Shown here in pieces: positions 25,262 through 38,263 of a DNA stretch of 64,000 nucleotides. The notes below the pieces were generated by a model. The model searched no databases and was not told where the DNA came from. It worked only from the letters and a program-made list of their open reading frames with translations. The translations under genes and the position numbers were made by a program. The DNA is from Octopus vulgaris (Eukaryota): NCBI GenBank assembly GCA_951406725.2, contig OX597819.1:82026001-82090000 (forward strand). The letters run 5' to 3'. The first letter of the stretch is position 1. Each line of letters begins with the position of its first letter.

Positions 25262-27149
25262 AATTAATTCAAATGATTAAAAATTGTCGACAAATTAAGT
25301 TTCAGACCGTACGAACATTATTTTGTTTAAATTGAAAATTTAAGGCACAGATGATCAACGAACAAACGTTTATTATTAATATCTAGTTCCATAACCATTA
25401 ATTTCAATTACCGCCTTACAACGCCAGACATGGAGTTCGACAAATGAGCACAAAAGTCACTTGGGATATACTGTCGTATTTCGTCAATAAAATGATATAA
25501 CTGGGACAAAATTGTTGTTTATTTTAGCATGAACTCTTTTAGAAACATAATTCCATAAATTTTCTAATGGATTCCGATCTGCTCTCTGCGGATGCAACTC
25601 AATAGCCACTTTATGTATGTATGTATGTATGTATGTATGTATGTATGTATGTATGTATGTATGTATGTATGTATGTATATATATGTATGTACGTACGTAC
25701 GTACGTACGTATGTATGTATGTATGTATGTATGTATGTATGTATGTATGTATGCGTGTGTGTGTGTTTGTGTGTATGTATGTATGTATGTATGTATGTAT
25801 GCGTGTGTGTGTGTTTGTGTGTATGTATGTATGTATGTATGTATGTATGTATGTATTTATGTATGTATGTATGTATGTATGTATGTATGTATGTATGTAT
25901 GTATGTATGTATGAATTGATGGATAGGCGCAGGCATGGCTATGTGGTAAGAAACTTAGTTCCCAACCACATGGTTCCGGATTCAGTCCTACTGTATGGCA
26001 CCTTAGACGACTGTCTGTAATTAGTTCATAAATACATAAACTCAATATTGTGCGCTCAAAATATTGCAAAACTTTCCTAGCCTTATGAACGGGGCAATTG
26101 TCCTGCTGGAAAATAGATTCCCGTGGCATCTGATTCTTTAAATATGACCGAGAATTTTCATTTATTAATTGTAGATAGCCTACACTGTTAAGTCTGTCAT
26201 CACCTTTAACAATTGGACCAACGCCTAAGCTACTGAACGCAGCCCACATCATTACCCCACTCCCGCTTGCACGGTTTTCTTGACACACTTAGGATGGAAT
26301 ACTTCAGTTGGGCGGCATCTAACATAAGTCTTTCCGTCCGATCCAAAGATGCAGAAGCTGGATTCGTCGCCCCAAAGAACTTTTGACGGTCTTCGGCCGT
26401 CCATTCAATATGGCTTTTAGCAAACTCGATCCTCTTCTGTTGGTTCGTCTCAAAAATTATCGGTTTCTTTCGAGCGACCCGGCAGAGCAGTCCAAATTGA
26501 TTTTAGACGGTTTCTGACAGTTTGTGGTGTAAAGCTGATGTCAATTTCATCAGATAATTACATGCAAATGTCCACTGCTGTTAGCATTCGGTTACCTTCA
26601 GAAATCCTATGAATTCACCGTTCCATCTGTACTGTTGTTTTTCTCGGAGCCCTCGTTCTTTGCCGATTTTTGTATTGGCTATTGGCTTGGTAAAGCTTCC
26701 TTGCTTGAACATAAGCCGATTTTCTGCACCCTAATTGCTTGCAAATGTTTATGACGGACACATTTTGCTGATGAAGTAACACGATCTTCGATCTAGTACC
26801 TGGCCTGATACGACGACGCTTTCCCATAGCAAATTAATGTGTAACAATGCTCGATTATTAAACGAAGCAGTGCAGTACGACCAGCCACATGTACACCCTT
26901 TGGTTTATCAATTTGTATAATCTTGGTGCGGTCTTAAACATATTTTGACGACAGTTTTTAATCATTTGAATTAATTGCGCATGAAAATTATTCGAATTGC
27001 AGAAAGATATATATAATGCCTATATCATTCGAAAGAGAAAAAAATTCTACATAAATTATAAAAAGTAAAATATTTTTTTGTTTTGATAAAAATATATTAA
27101 CGAAGGAATAGAACTGTCATCATCGGTCTTAAACTAATTTTGGCCAGTG
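25262..27149 (-). mobile_element. Tc1-family transposon of IR/DR type; one TIR complete, the other truncated
   Basis: Terminus ...ttggccagtg|TA at 27149; DRs cggtcttaaac at 26929 and 27124; 25262-25309 is an inverted copy of 26929-26977. Confidence 0.92.
25376..26827 (-). pseudogene. Tc1 DDE transposase, frameshifted and interrupted
   Basis: N-terminal HTH (MGKRRRI...RAPRKTT), FWGDESSF, VMMWAAFS, FQQDNCPVHKA, NPLENLW, RCKAVIEINGYGTRY*. Confidence 0.93.
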
Positions 27150-28157
27150 TATTTTATATGGATGTATGTGTGTATATATATAGATATTTATTTTATCATG
27201 TATGAATTTATATATATTTACATATATATGTGTATGGTTCTGGGTGTGTGTGTGTATGTACGTATGTACACATATGTAGACATATGTATACAGACTATTA
27301 TAATTTCATAAATACAAGCACACACGCGCGCGTACACTCATGCGGCCCGGAGCTATAGCAGAAGACTTTTGCCCTAGATGCCGTTCAGTGAATCTGAATT
27401 CGAAACCACTTGGCTGCAAAGTAAGTTACAAATTGTTTCGGCTTAATGCGGTCCACTATTGTGCATTATTAGAAAAATCTATTTAAGTCATATCACTTTA
27501 AAGAACACAAGTTGAAATTAAACAGACTAATCAGCATTCATTTGTTAAAGTTTAATAAAAAGAACGTTGAAACGAAGAATAAGTGTCGTAACAGAATCTT
27601 GAAGCCAAAACAGAATTGTGACTTAAATAATTCAACATTAAAGTAATTTTCTCAAACATTAATGCAGTAATAGAGTGAAAGCGAGTGCTTCAACTTACAA
27701 ATCCTAGATCATCTTCCTTATTCTGGAATAATAATCAAACCAATTCGATTATATCAGTTCTGCCACTGTCAATTACATTTTATAAATTTACTCAAAGTCA
27801 GAACTACTCTGTTTACAGATACTTTCCATTTCAATTGGAATTTGAGAAAAAAATACCGAGAAAGATAGAACCATTTCAATTTCCTCCACAAGACATTTTT
27901 TTTGCCATAGAGAAACACCTACTTTATCGCCCAGTCTTTCAAAAGACGGTGGGTAATGCTAGCAATAGATTAGGTTGATGATTACATTTGTCTGCTTGTA
28001 TTCAACCCCAGATCATATCAATAAAGTATTCTTGCTATATAGTTAATCTTGAACTACTTATTTCTTCCATCTTAATAATACTAAGACCGAATAGTCTGGT
28101 TATTGTCAGTCATACATTCCTATAATGCTTTATATACTGCGTCAGACATTAACTTAC

Positions 28158-28344
28158 CAAGATTCCAGCCAACATAGAACAGCCAGCTATTCATGACATT
28201 CCAAGAGTAAATCTCTACAGTTTATAGTTTTTCCAAGCCGTAACTTGGTCAAAGGAGTGACCTCGTATAAGTAAGCGTATCTAACAAGGGACAAAAGTGG
28301 TTTATAACTACCTAGGGATCTCTGCGCTGCAGACACTTGCATAT
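28158..28344 (-). other. Candidate host exon (UTR plus MNSWLFYVGWNL-)
   Basis: ttcgcag acceptor and strong TTG|gtaagt donor in non-repetitive sequence; no recognisable homology. Confidence 0.22.
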
Positions 28345-29599
28345 CTGCGAACGACACTCTAAGTACAGAGGAAAAGATTTGGATAATTACCGAAAACAGC
28401 TGGCTGCTCTGACATGGCGAACTGGCATTACACACAGACACACACACACAACATGTTCTTCGAAATAAAGTACCATTGGTATGTAACAGTATACCACTGA
28501 AGTGGTTAATTTTGGGACTTTTAGTTCTTTTAGATTTCTGTAACACTCAATCATCAGATCGTTATTTGTTTTTTTAAACAAGATTTGGTTTCAATAGCAG
28601 TTACCAATGATCTGCTTCTTCATGTGCTGATTTTAAATCCCTTTAAAGTATTACATTTAACAGAATAAAACTGTACAATTACCAAGTTGGCTACCACATA
28701 ATATTAATTGCATCGAGCGGGAGAACCACTTAGTCAGGGACGGAAGGGCAATGATTGACTCTTGGTTTTGGAGAATCTCCAAGATTAGTGCAATGAAGGG
28801 AGGATATCATTCTGAAATCTCTGTTCTTGTTCCACCAAAAGCATCCAAAGAGATGATATTAAACTGAGCCTTGGACTTAAATTTCTACCCTAAACCCCAA
28901 AAGAGTCAGAAACAATACTGCAAAGTATTTCGCCCAACACTCTAACAATCCTGTCAAGTTTTCGTCTAGGACTGCTAATTTATCACCACAACCCCGAAGT
29001 GATTAAAAACAAAAGTCAACCTGGATATGGGTTTGAACTCAATCCACGAATAGCGGAACAAATATTGCTAGGCATTTTCTCTCACCCTATAACAACTGCT
29101 TGGATTCTACTTTATGTTCCAACGCAAACAAGACACTTCTTTACTGAGTTTTACATCATACGTTACTTTGCAAAGAAGAATTTAACCTGGTCGTAATAAT
29201 CAATTCTGTAAAATACTTGCAACTGAACCAAAATTTACTGCGACCAAATATGAATTTATCCGAAATTCAGGCTGCATATGTATTGTATTGATGTTGAATG
29301 TGAGTGTTCTCTATCGGAGCGAATAAGATAAATATCTACAAAATGTATAATTCAACTCATATGATATATAAATAGGTGTATACATGTGTATGTATTTCAT
29401 TAAGTGTATGAATATATTTGAATATATCCATGAGATTGTTTGCATCACAGTAAATAATTTTGTGTAATAAATTTTACAGAATCATATCGTAAATGCGATC
29501 AGGGTTATGATTCACTTAATATCTATATTTCTTCTATAATCTGAATTTAGGTGCGCGATTTTATGAAGGAGATTAAATCCATTAATATTTGAAGTCTTA

Positions 29600-29657
<58 letters not shown>

Positions 29658-30118
29658 CTATTCAGTTGCATCTTATTCAGATATAGAATCTAATCGATTC
29701 CAATTAAAAATTTATTAATCTGTGAAAGTTTGCGAAGGAGTATGACAGCTGCAATAAGTTGCACTAGGCATAGGATCTTAAATGCATTAGGATATCAAGA
29801 GTGAAGAGACAAGAAGCCACAGAAACAGACATGTGCATAAACATACGCATATTAGAAGAGAAAGTGGTAGATTTCACGTACTGAATATTACATAAACTTT
29901 AGAATTCTCAAGGCCTTCTACCTTCGATTATGTTCTGTATGACGCCTATTTTAAATATTTCCATGTGACAATATAACTTTTATAACTAATGATTTTGCAT
30001 CAGACAAATCTGAAACAAAATTCTGTATTCTAATATACGTAGATAACATAAATATCGCTTGCAATGGAGACAAACAAACTAGCAAAACAGTAAAACGATA
30101 CTCTCATGTGCGTGCATT

Positions 30119-30178
<60 letters not shown>

Positions 30179-30767
30179 TGTATGTATACTAGTATTATGG
30201 CTTGATTTCATTCGGGTCTACTCGGGCCACATTCTAAAGATGAGGAATTTTGCCCTAGAGGCCACGCCTTTCAATTGAGCAAACTCAAAGTTACCATGCA
30301 AACTTTCCAGCACTTTTAACATAGGTATGCAAATTTTCCGATTTACTAACACTTTTGCCTGCACAACTGCTTGTGAGACGACGTCTGCTCTTTCACAAAT
30401 ATATAGTAAATATATAGTAAATATACATATATATGTATATATATATATATATATATATACTGCTTTTTCTTCCGAAAAATTATAGAACTTCTTCGAAGTG
30501 CTCAGGTTGAACGCGAGACGCTAGATAGTAAATAATATAATTTAAAGAAGAAAAAAATCTAGATAATTAGCTTCTATTTATAACATACATTAATAGAACA
30601 AATACATTAAGACACTCAGAATATATAAGAAATTATTGCTTAAGAAATAGAAATGATAGATACATGAAATAAGAATATAAATAAAAGTAAAAGCATGACA
30701 AATTCGGTATGTGGAGTGATATGGCGAATATAAGAAAGCCATAAAAGTTATATATGCATAAATATAA

Positions 30768-30769
<2 letters not shown>

Positions 30770-30848
<79 letters not shown>

Positions 30849-30870
30849 TAATAATAATAATAATAATAAT
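30770..30870. repeat. (AAT)n target array left of the Dong LINE; right half at 32881-32938
   Basis: Direct reading of the sequence. Confidence 0.97.
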
Positions 30871-32783
30871 GATATCGCAAAGGCTGAACAAGCACCTGGA
30901 CGAAAACAAACTGTTCCCAGAAGAGCAGAAAGGATGCCGCAAGGGCTCATATGGCTGTAAAGATCAACTAATGATTAATAAAGCCGTAACTGAAGACAGC
31001 CACAGAAAGAAGAAAGGCCTCAGTATGGCCTGGATTGACTACAAAAAGGCGTTTGATAACCAAAGACATGAAAACCAAAGACATCCCCATTAGAAGAGGA
31101 ATATTCCAGGGAGACACGCTCTCTCCACTCCTTTTCTGCTTGGCACTGTCACCTCTATCTGATATGCTAAATAGAACTGGATGCGGATATAAATGTTACG
31201 GCAAAACGATCAGCCACCTTTTATATATGGATGACCTAAAACTATACGCTGCAAATGACAAACAGCTGGAAACACTATTAAAGACAGTTCATGGATTTAC
31301 CAAAGAAATAGATATGAAATTTGGATTAGAAAAATGCGCCAAAGTAACCATGAAAAGAGGAAAACTAGTTAAGAGTAACAACATCACACTAGATAAAACC
31401 AATGAAATAAAAGAATTAGACCAAAGCCAAACTTACAAATACTTAGGAATCCATGAACTAGATAAGACACAACACACACAAATGAAAGAGAAAATAAAAA
31501 AAGAATATTATAGACGAGTTAGATCAATACTAAAAACAGAGCTCAATGCTAAACACAAGATAATAGGTATCAACACTTTAGCTGTCCCAGTTATAAGTTA
31601 CAGCTACAATATCCTTAACTGGACACGAAATGAACTGTCCAAAATAGATAGGAAAACACGAAAAATACTGACAGGATCTAGGATGCATCACCCAAAATCT
31701 GACATAGAAAGACTATATATACAACGTATAGAAGGTGGTAGAGGCCTTATACAGCTGGAAAACTACTATAAAATAACCACCATAGGACTGCAAAAATACC
31801 TACTTCAGAAGGAAGGAAAACTGATCCAGATAGCAGCAAAACACGAGCAAAACAAAAAACTGTTCTCAGTATTTAAGGAAGCTGACAAATACAAACAAGA
31901 AATCATACCACCTAATAAACACAAAGAAGAAGAAGAAGATGATGAAGAAACAACAAAAGCTATAAAACAAATGAAATCCAAACTAAAAATAGAACAGCAA
32001 CGAGCCATGATAAAACGATGGCAAGAAAAACCCCTTCATGGTAAATACTGCACTAAACTAAACGCAAAAGAAATAGACAAAGAAAAATCCCAGCAATGGT
32101 TGAGAAGCTCAGGACTCAAAGCAGAAACAGAGGGATTTTTAATTGCAGCACAAGACCAAAGCCTCCCCACCAGAAATTACCAAAAACATGTAATGAAAAG
32201 AAATATTACAAGTAACTGCAGAATATGTGGAGATGGACAAGAAACAATAAATCATATTATCTCTAGCTGCCCAGTCCTGGCTAAGAAGGAATATATTCAC
32301 AGACATGACAGAGTTGGAACCTACATACATTGGAAGCTATGCCAACATTATGGAATAACAACAGAAAAAAGATGGTATAGGCACACACCAGAAAAGGTCA
32401 CAGAAAACGAGAAAGCAACCATACTCTGGGATATGCCGATACACACAGATAGAGAAATTAAGGCCAACAGACCAGATATAGTTGTCAGAGATCATGAAGA
32501 AAAAAATGCTTTCTAATTGATGTATCAATACCGGCAGATGACAACGTGTCTCTAAAAGATATGGAGAAACTCTCAAAATACAAAGACCTGGAAATAGAGG
32601 TAACTAGAATGTGGAACCTGAAAACAGAAAATTCCTATTATAGTAGGTGCATTAGGCATGATAAAAAAATATTCAGACAAATACATAACAAAAACACCAG
32701 GACTTACAAACACATATAACATACAGAAAATTGCACTACTAGGCACTGCACACATCCTACGCAGAACACTTTCCATACAATAA
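30871..32783 (+). pseudogene. Reverse transcriptase - zinc knuckle - REL endonuclease ORF remnant
   Basis: ORFs 30845-31093 and 31035-32516 join across a deletion; frameshifts near 32500 and 32630; natural stop ...RRTLSIQ* at 32781-32783. Confidence 0.93.
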
Positions 32784-32877
32784 CCATCAGAGCATCACAA
32801 CAAATCACAGCACATACCCAAGGCACACAGAGCTGCGCTCGGTAGTGAAGTGAAAGCACGCAATAAAAATAAAACTA

Positions 32878-32880
<3 letters not shown>
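30871..32880 (+). mobile_element. 5'-truncated R4/Dong-clade LINE inserted in (AAT)n
   Basis: RT motifs EEQKGC, AWIDYKKAFD, RGIFQGDTLSP, HLLYMDDLK; CCHC CRICG..ETINHIISSC; RHD; REL motif RPDIV..LIDVSI..KYKDL; 3' UTR running into (AAT)n. Confidence 0.97.
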
Positions 32881-32938
<58 letters not shown>

Positions 32939-33035
32939 TGAGGGAATATTATTCCAAACTTATATATATTATTCCAAACTTGACATATATATACATACAT
33001 ACATACATACATACAGACACACATATATATATATA

Positions 33036-33091
<56 letters not shown>

Positions 33092-33114
33092 GTATGTGTA
33101 TATATATACATAGA

Positions 33115-33166
33115 TACAATTAATATATGCCCAACATTGTGAAAATCCTATTATATGTGTGTTTAC

Positions 33167-33214
<48 letters not shown>

Positions 33215-33248
33215 GGATTTTCACAAAGTTGAGTATATATAAATTGTA
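33115..33248. repeat. Inverted repeat (~38-bp arms) enclosing (AT)n
   Basis: caacattgtgaaaatcctatt vs aataggattttcacaaagttg, extended by tacaatt.atatat / atatataaattgta. Confidence 0.8.
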
Positions 33249-33448
33249 CGTTACGTGAATGGATTCATAATCTTAAATACGGAAGAGGTTAACTTTTGCT
33301 TAGGTATTTGACTTCAAATTTTGGCATATCCTCTTTTTTAATTATATCAGTAAAAATTAAGCAACGTTTTTAACCATGAAGAATTTGTACCGGGTTTTTG
33401 CAGAGTTTTGAAGTTTTCTTAAACGTTTTTTTTTTATTTGTCTGATAA

Positions 33449-35489
33449 CAGTGGGCAACAAACAAGGATTTGATGTCTGCTACCCAGACAAATGGTGCTG
33501 TACTAAACTAAATCGAGTTCACCAATTCTGAATTTGAACTCGGAATTGCTATAGCACGTCGAGATTTTGAGTGATAAGCCAAATTATATATTAATATTAT
33601 ATTAGAATCAGGAATAGTTAAGGCAAATAATTATTATAATAGTATATTAGTACTGTACATAGTAAATTTATGTTCAAGGCAAATAGTATTATAATATAAC
33701 GGTACATAATATATTTATGTTAAGTGAATATTTTATTTTTGATATGCTCAGCTCAGAAATGTTTCAGACACTTGCTCTTCCGCTTATACGTCGTGCTGTT
33801 CTCCCGTTGTACGAACCAGCAGTAGCCACCCATCATGCGTGGATTGAACCGGCCTTGTTACCTCGTTTCCCCCTCAGATATGTCCTGGAGGAACCTCTCA
33901 CCATGCTCATCACTAACGCCACCAATATTCGTTGGAAAAGAATCGAGATGACAATGCAAGAAGTGCATTTTAAGGGACATTCGGCATCCAATTCTTTCAT
34001 ACGTTGTTTATAAAATCAGCATTGTTTTCAGTTCTGTGATATCCAAGAAAGTTCTGTATATGCCGTCAGCTCAACTGGATTCAGTTTCCCTCTAAATTTG
34101 CTATCAGATATCAATTCTCTGATCTCGGGTCCAATGAAAATGTCTTCAGTTTTGCGTTATTTTTCTCTGCACCAAATTTTACTTTTAGGTACAGGAAGCC
34201 ACAACGATCGTGTGTCATTTCTTTTACAAAGATTTTCATGAGGCCGAGTCTGATGTGAAGGTGTGAAAGGGAGATCTTTTGCGGGTCTACCAGTGTCATA
34301 TGCTACACTTTGTACCTACCAACTAGTCTTTTAGGCTAGTCTTTTATAGCTGTTCCAAACGCATAAGAATCATGTATTTTCAGTATATCCCAGCAGCAGT
34401 CCTAGGAGGAGAGGAATCACCTTTAGATCACCACAAATATTCCACTTATGAACTGAGTAATTAACTCTTATCATCGATTTATAGGTTTCTACCATACCGA
34501 CAACATGACCCACATGAATGGAAGGTTATTCATTACCATTAGAGACAATGCTTTATCTCATGCTAAATCGTTCAGACATTTTTTATTAAAGTAGCGTGGT
34601 TAATTTTTCTTAGGATCAACTACGTACTCTTCGACGATAGGAGAGTCAGGGGCTTCATCGTGTGACGTATCACGATTTTCAAGTGAAGCATATGAGAAGA
34701 GAAATGTGACAAAGTTCTCGAAGTCATGTGTGACCGGTTTTAGAGCCGACTTAAATCTTCATACACAACTTTTGCTTTGGTATTCTTTGAGAAACCACTA
34801 ACAATAGTCATACAAAAGAAACTATCAAAGACATGATTGGTTGACTCACTCCATACCATTGGTATAGCAAAAGGCATTCCCTTCCGTTTTCCATTCAGCC
34901 ACAGTGTAAGTCCTGAGTAAAACATGGTGCATCATATATGACGTGCCCACATCTTGTCCGGTCCCCAACTTTACACTCGAAATAATATTTATATGCAGTT
35001 TTTAATTTGGTGGAAATGTTCTTCCGCTGTTCACGTTGAGCAAATTTTCTACGGACATACAAAAAGTTGCCTGGGTGATTCACACATCCTGTCCTATTCA
35101 TGATCTAACACAATGGACAAAGTTAAAACATTAATCACGCAGAGCGAGCGATACACATGCCACACATGAGGGCAGCGCAAGAACAAACTGACGTATTTGT
35201 CATTGCACACAATACGTCAGCGCCATCTATTGCTAAACTACATAATGAACTTTTTCAACGTTTGTTTTATATCTGTTATTTCTTTAATTTTGAATTCAGA
35301 CCGCTTTCATTTTAGCAAATTTTATGTGGCCTATATCTAGCCGAAAGTATAGTTATAATTTTGCGCATGCACATAACTCAGAATCCTGACGTGTTAGAAA
35401 AATTCTGAGAGCGGATTCGGAATCAGCATCTTCGAGTTGGTTTAAAATACATGCTTTAACTCTAGTAATAACTTTTTTGTTGTCCATGG
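33449..35489 (-). mobile_element. Chapaev3-type (CMC) DNA transposon, copy 1, internally deleted
   Basis: Transposase relic MPFAIPMVW.E.TNH, HLHIRLGLMKIFVK, KMHFLHCHLDSFP..GAVSDEHGERF; TIR-like ends cagtgggcaacaaa / ttttgttgtccatgg, preceded by TAA. Confidence 0.85.
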
Positions 35490-35712
35490 TAGTAGTAGAG
35501 ACATAAGACTTGCCCAAAAAGCATTAATATATTAACACTGGCATTTTGTCACTGTTGTTACAATCATCTGGTACGCTGCACGAAAAATATCGATCATGAA
35601 CTACTTGAGATTCATTCTCCTCGGTTTTGCGTTGGACGTGGTGTTTCACAAAAGGCAGTGAGTTGCTTGTTTTATGTGCATTATCTTGTTGAACAGTTTT
35701 TAAAAAAAACCT

Positions 35713-36213
35713 TTGTTAGTCCATTATAACTTAAAACCCGGAAAAATCATTACTGCAGAAACACATTGCCATGAAATTCCCAAAATGAACGAAAAACTGC
35801 CACTCCTCCGTCCCATATTGGTCAACAGAAGAAGGCCAATCATTCTTCATGACAATGCTCGATCACATGTTTCACTAATGACGCTCCAGAAGTTGAAGGA
35901 ACTTGGATACGAAGTTCTTCCCCACCCAGCTTATTCTCCAGACCTTTCTCCTAACGACTAGAACATTTTCAAGCACCTTGATGGTTTCCTGCGAGAGGAG
36001 TTCAAAAATCAAACCGATGCTGAAAGTGTGTTCAAAGAGTTCATCAGCTCCAGAACTCCAGATTCTTATGTTGCTGGAATAAACGAAGTTGTAACTTGTT
36101 GGAAAAATGTGTTGATTGTAATGGTACTTTGATGAATAAAATTTTCGTAATGTTGAAATATATTGTGATGAATTTCATGTTACTAAATGTTGCTTACTTT
36201 TTCCTCAGCGTGA
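35713..36213 (+). mobile_element. Mariner 3' fragment (Hsmar1/cecropia-like)
   Basis: PIILHDNARSH...GYEVLPHPAYSPDLSPND*..FKHLDGFL; decayed TIR ttactttttcctcagcgtgata. Confidence 0.9.
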
Positions 36214-36276
36214 TAATACTTAGGTATATAAATTTAATTTAATTGTGTTATCTTTTAATTTTGGGACTATGAGTAA

Positions 36277-36560
36277 CAGGCATGGCTAAGTAGCAAAGAG
36301 GTTCGCTTCACAGTCACGTGGTTTCCGGTTCAATCCCACAGCGTGGCACCTCAAGTGCCTTTTTACTACAGACCCGGCCATAAAGTGTGTGGAAGCCTGC
36401 CACACACATATATGTGTGCGTGGTTCCCTACTACTTTCTAGCTGGTTTTGGTTTGTTTACGAACCCGTAACCTAAAATTTCGGTAAAAAAAGTGCGATAC
36501 CATAAGTATCAGACCTACAATTAGTGCTGGAGGTGAATATTTCGAGTTAGGTGACAAGGC
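36277..36560 (+). mobile_element. Family B SINE, diverged
   Basis: caggcatggct...ggtttccggttcaatcccacagcgtggcacc...gtttacgaacccgtaac. Confidence 0.7.
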
Positions 36561-37943
36561 TGAAGTATGTTTGACAATTTTTAAAACTTTTACTTATGGA
36601 AAATATCATATATATTAACATAAATAATAATTGTCGATTGTATTACTTCAAAATAACATTGTTACAAAGTGTATTTATAAATATCGCAAATCATTAACTC
36701 ATGTTGAAATAAATGTTGTATATGTGAGTTTCTTAAGTACGGACTCGTTTCGTCGGGGACAGACCTATAAATGTTTGCTCTTGTCTCTAATGTTAAGTAT
36801 GCCTATCCCTGTTCGTACAATCATACTGGGAAAAAAAGTGTCCAATTAAAAATAATTAATCAATTGTGTGAATGTCGTCGTCGTCGCACTGGTAAACGTT
36901 ACTATTGACGTTATCATTATTACTGGAACTCTCATTACTCCTACAAGTGTTGTTTTAGGCTAAGTTGGCTCTCATTAGAAATCATTGTGCATCAAAAAGA
37001 TATATTTAATAATTATTTAACTGGAAAAGGACTGGTACACAAATAGCAACCATGTAACCGTATAAATGACCTTAAAATATTTGGAACACAAGATAAATTG
37101 ATTATCTCCGGTTTGTAAATAAATTGAAAGTGGTATTTGTATCAACTGATGTCTGGTGCCACTAAACCACTCCTTTCTATGGGATTCCGACTCAAATTTG
37201 TCGAATAAGAACATAGAAAAAAAAATATAATACTTTCTGCCGGTGCAATTGTACTAATTAGAGAATAGTTCTTTATTAGTAAAATGTAAAACTATGATTC
37301 TAATTAGAATGTCAGTATTCCTATAGTAATATATATTGTTTGAGTATGTGTAAAATGGAGATCAGAATACCTTTGTGTGCTAGTTAGTAATAAACTGATT
37401 GAGACAATTCCATTCAATGCAACCTGTATTCAGAGAGAATGCAGTTTACTAAGAAGTCTTGTCTTGGTATATAGCTCAAATATAAAGGAAACAGCGAGGG
37501 AATGCGGTTGTTTAACCCACGAGAATTAGAAGTTAAATCTTCAAATTTTCTAATCACACACCGTTATCCATTTTAGATAGATTGCGAAATTAACTTTCTA
37601 ACTGTCTGCAACCAAGTTGACCGTTTGATTTGATTATGAAATACAAATTTCTATGAATCATTCGATGGATACTTTCTCTACTTTTTACCATGTAGTCTTC
37701 AACGGATAGGAAGTAAATCTTCTCTCCTCTTGGGATAGAATTGAACTCAGTATTGCAGAAAAGGGAATCACCCATAAATTCTGCAGTTCTGCTACTACTT
37801 TTAGAGGTAAATCACATCACATACATAAAGTTAAGCGCTGAACTAAGTGTATTAATTTTAAATAAAAATGTAGTACAAATGACAGGATATCAAATGTATT
37901 CTTGGTTACATGTCTGACTATAAAATAATTCAGTTGTCCATTT

Positions 37944-38011
<68 letters not shown>

Positions 38012-38176
38012 GAAATAGTTTGATTAATTAATCGATGTAAGGAGCTCCTAGGTTAAACCTAAGAAATTACATTATATAAATACTTTCTCATGCATAAAGA
38101 AAAGAGAAACAGAAATATTGCTAGATCCCAATTCATGGTAGTGATGTATGCACACTTAGATTATACTATATATTCA

Positions 38177-38249
<73 letters not shown>

Positions 38250-38263
38250 GTTGTTGTTGTTGT
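38177..38263. repeat. (TAC)n(TGT)n compound microsatellite; a similar (TGC)(TAC)n array at 58438-58504
   Basis: Direct reading of the sequence. Confidence 0.97.

Larger units (their letters stand above)
21698..26134. repeat. Tandem segmental duplication: 21698-23594 copied at ~24172-26134
   Basis: Collinear near-identity from taatcagatagaaagga to cccgtggcatctgat, including the foldback element, SINE heads and Tc1 3' part. Confidence 0.95.

Noticed and set aside
38035-38077. Three-stem structure (atgtaa/ttacat, ggagctcc, taggt/accta)
   Set aside because: It lacks ribozyme core nucleotides and is plausible by chance.
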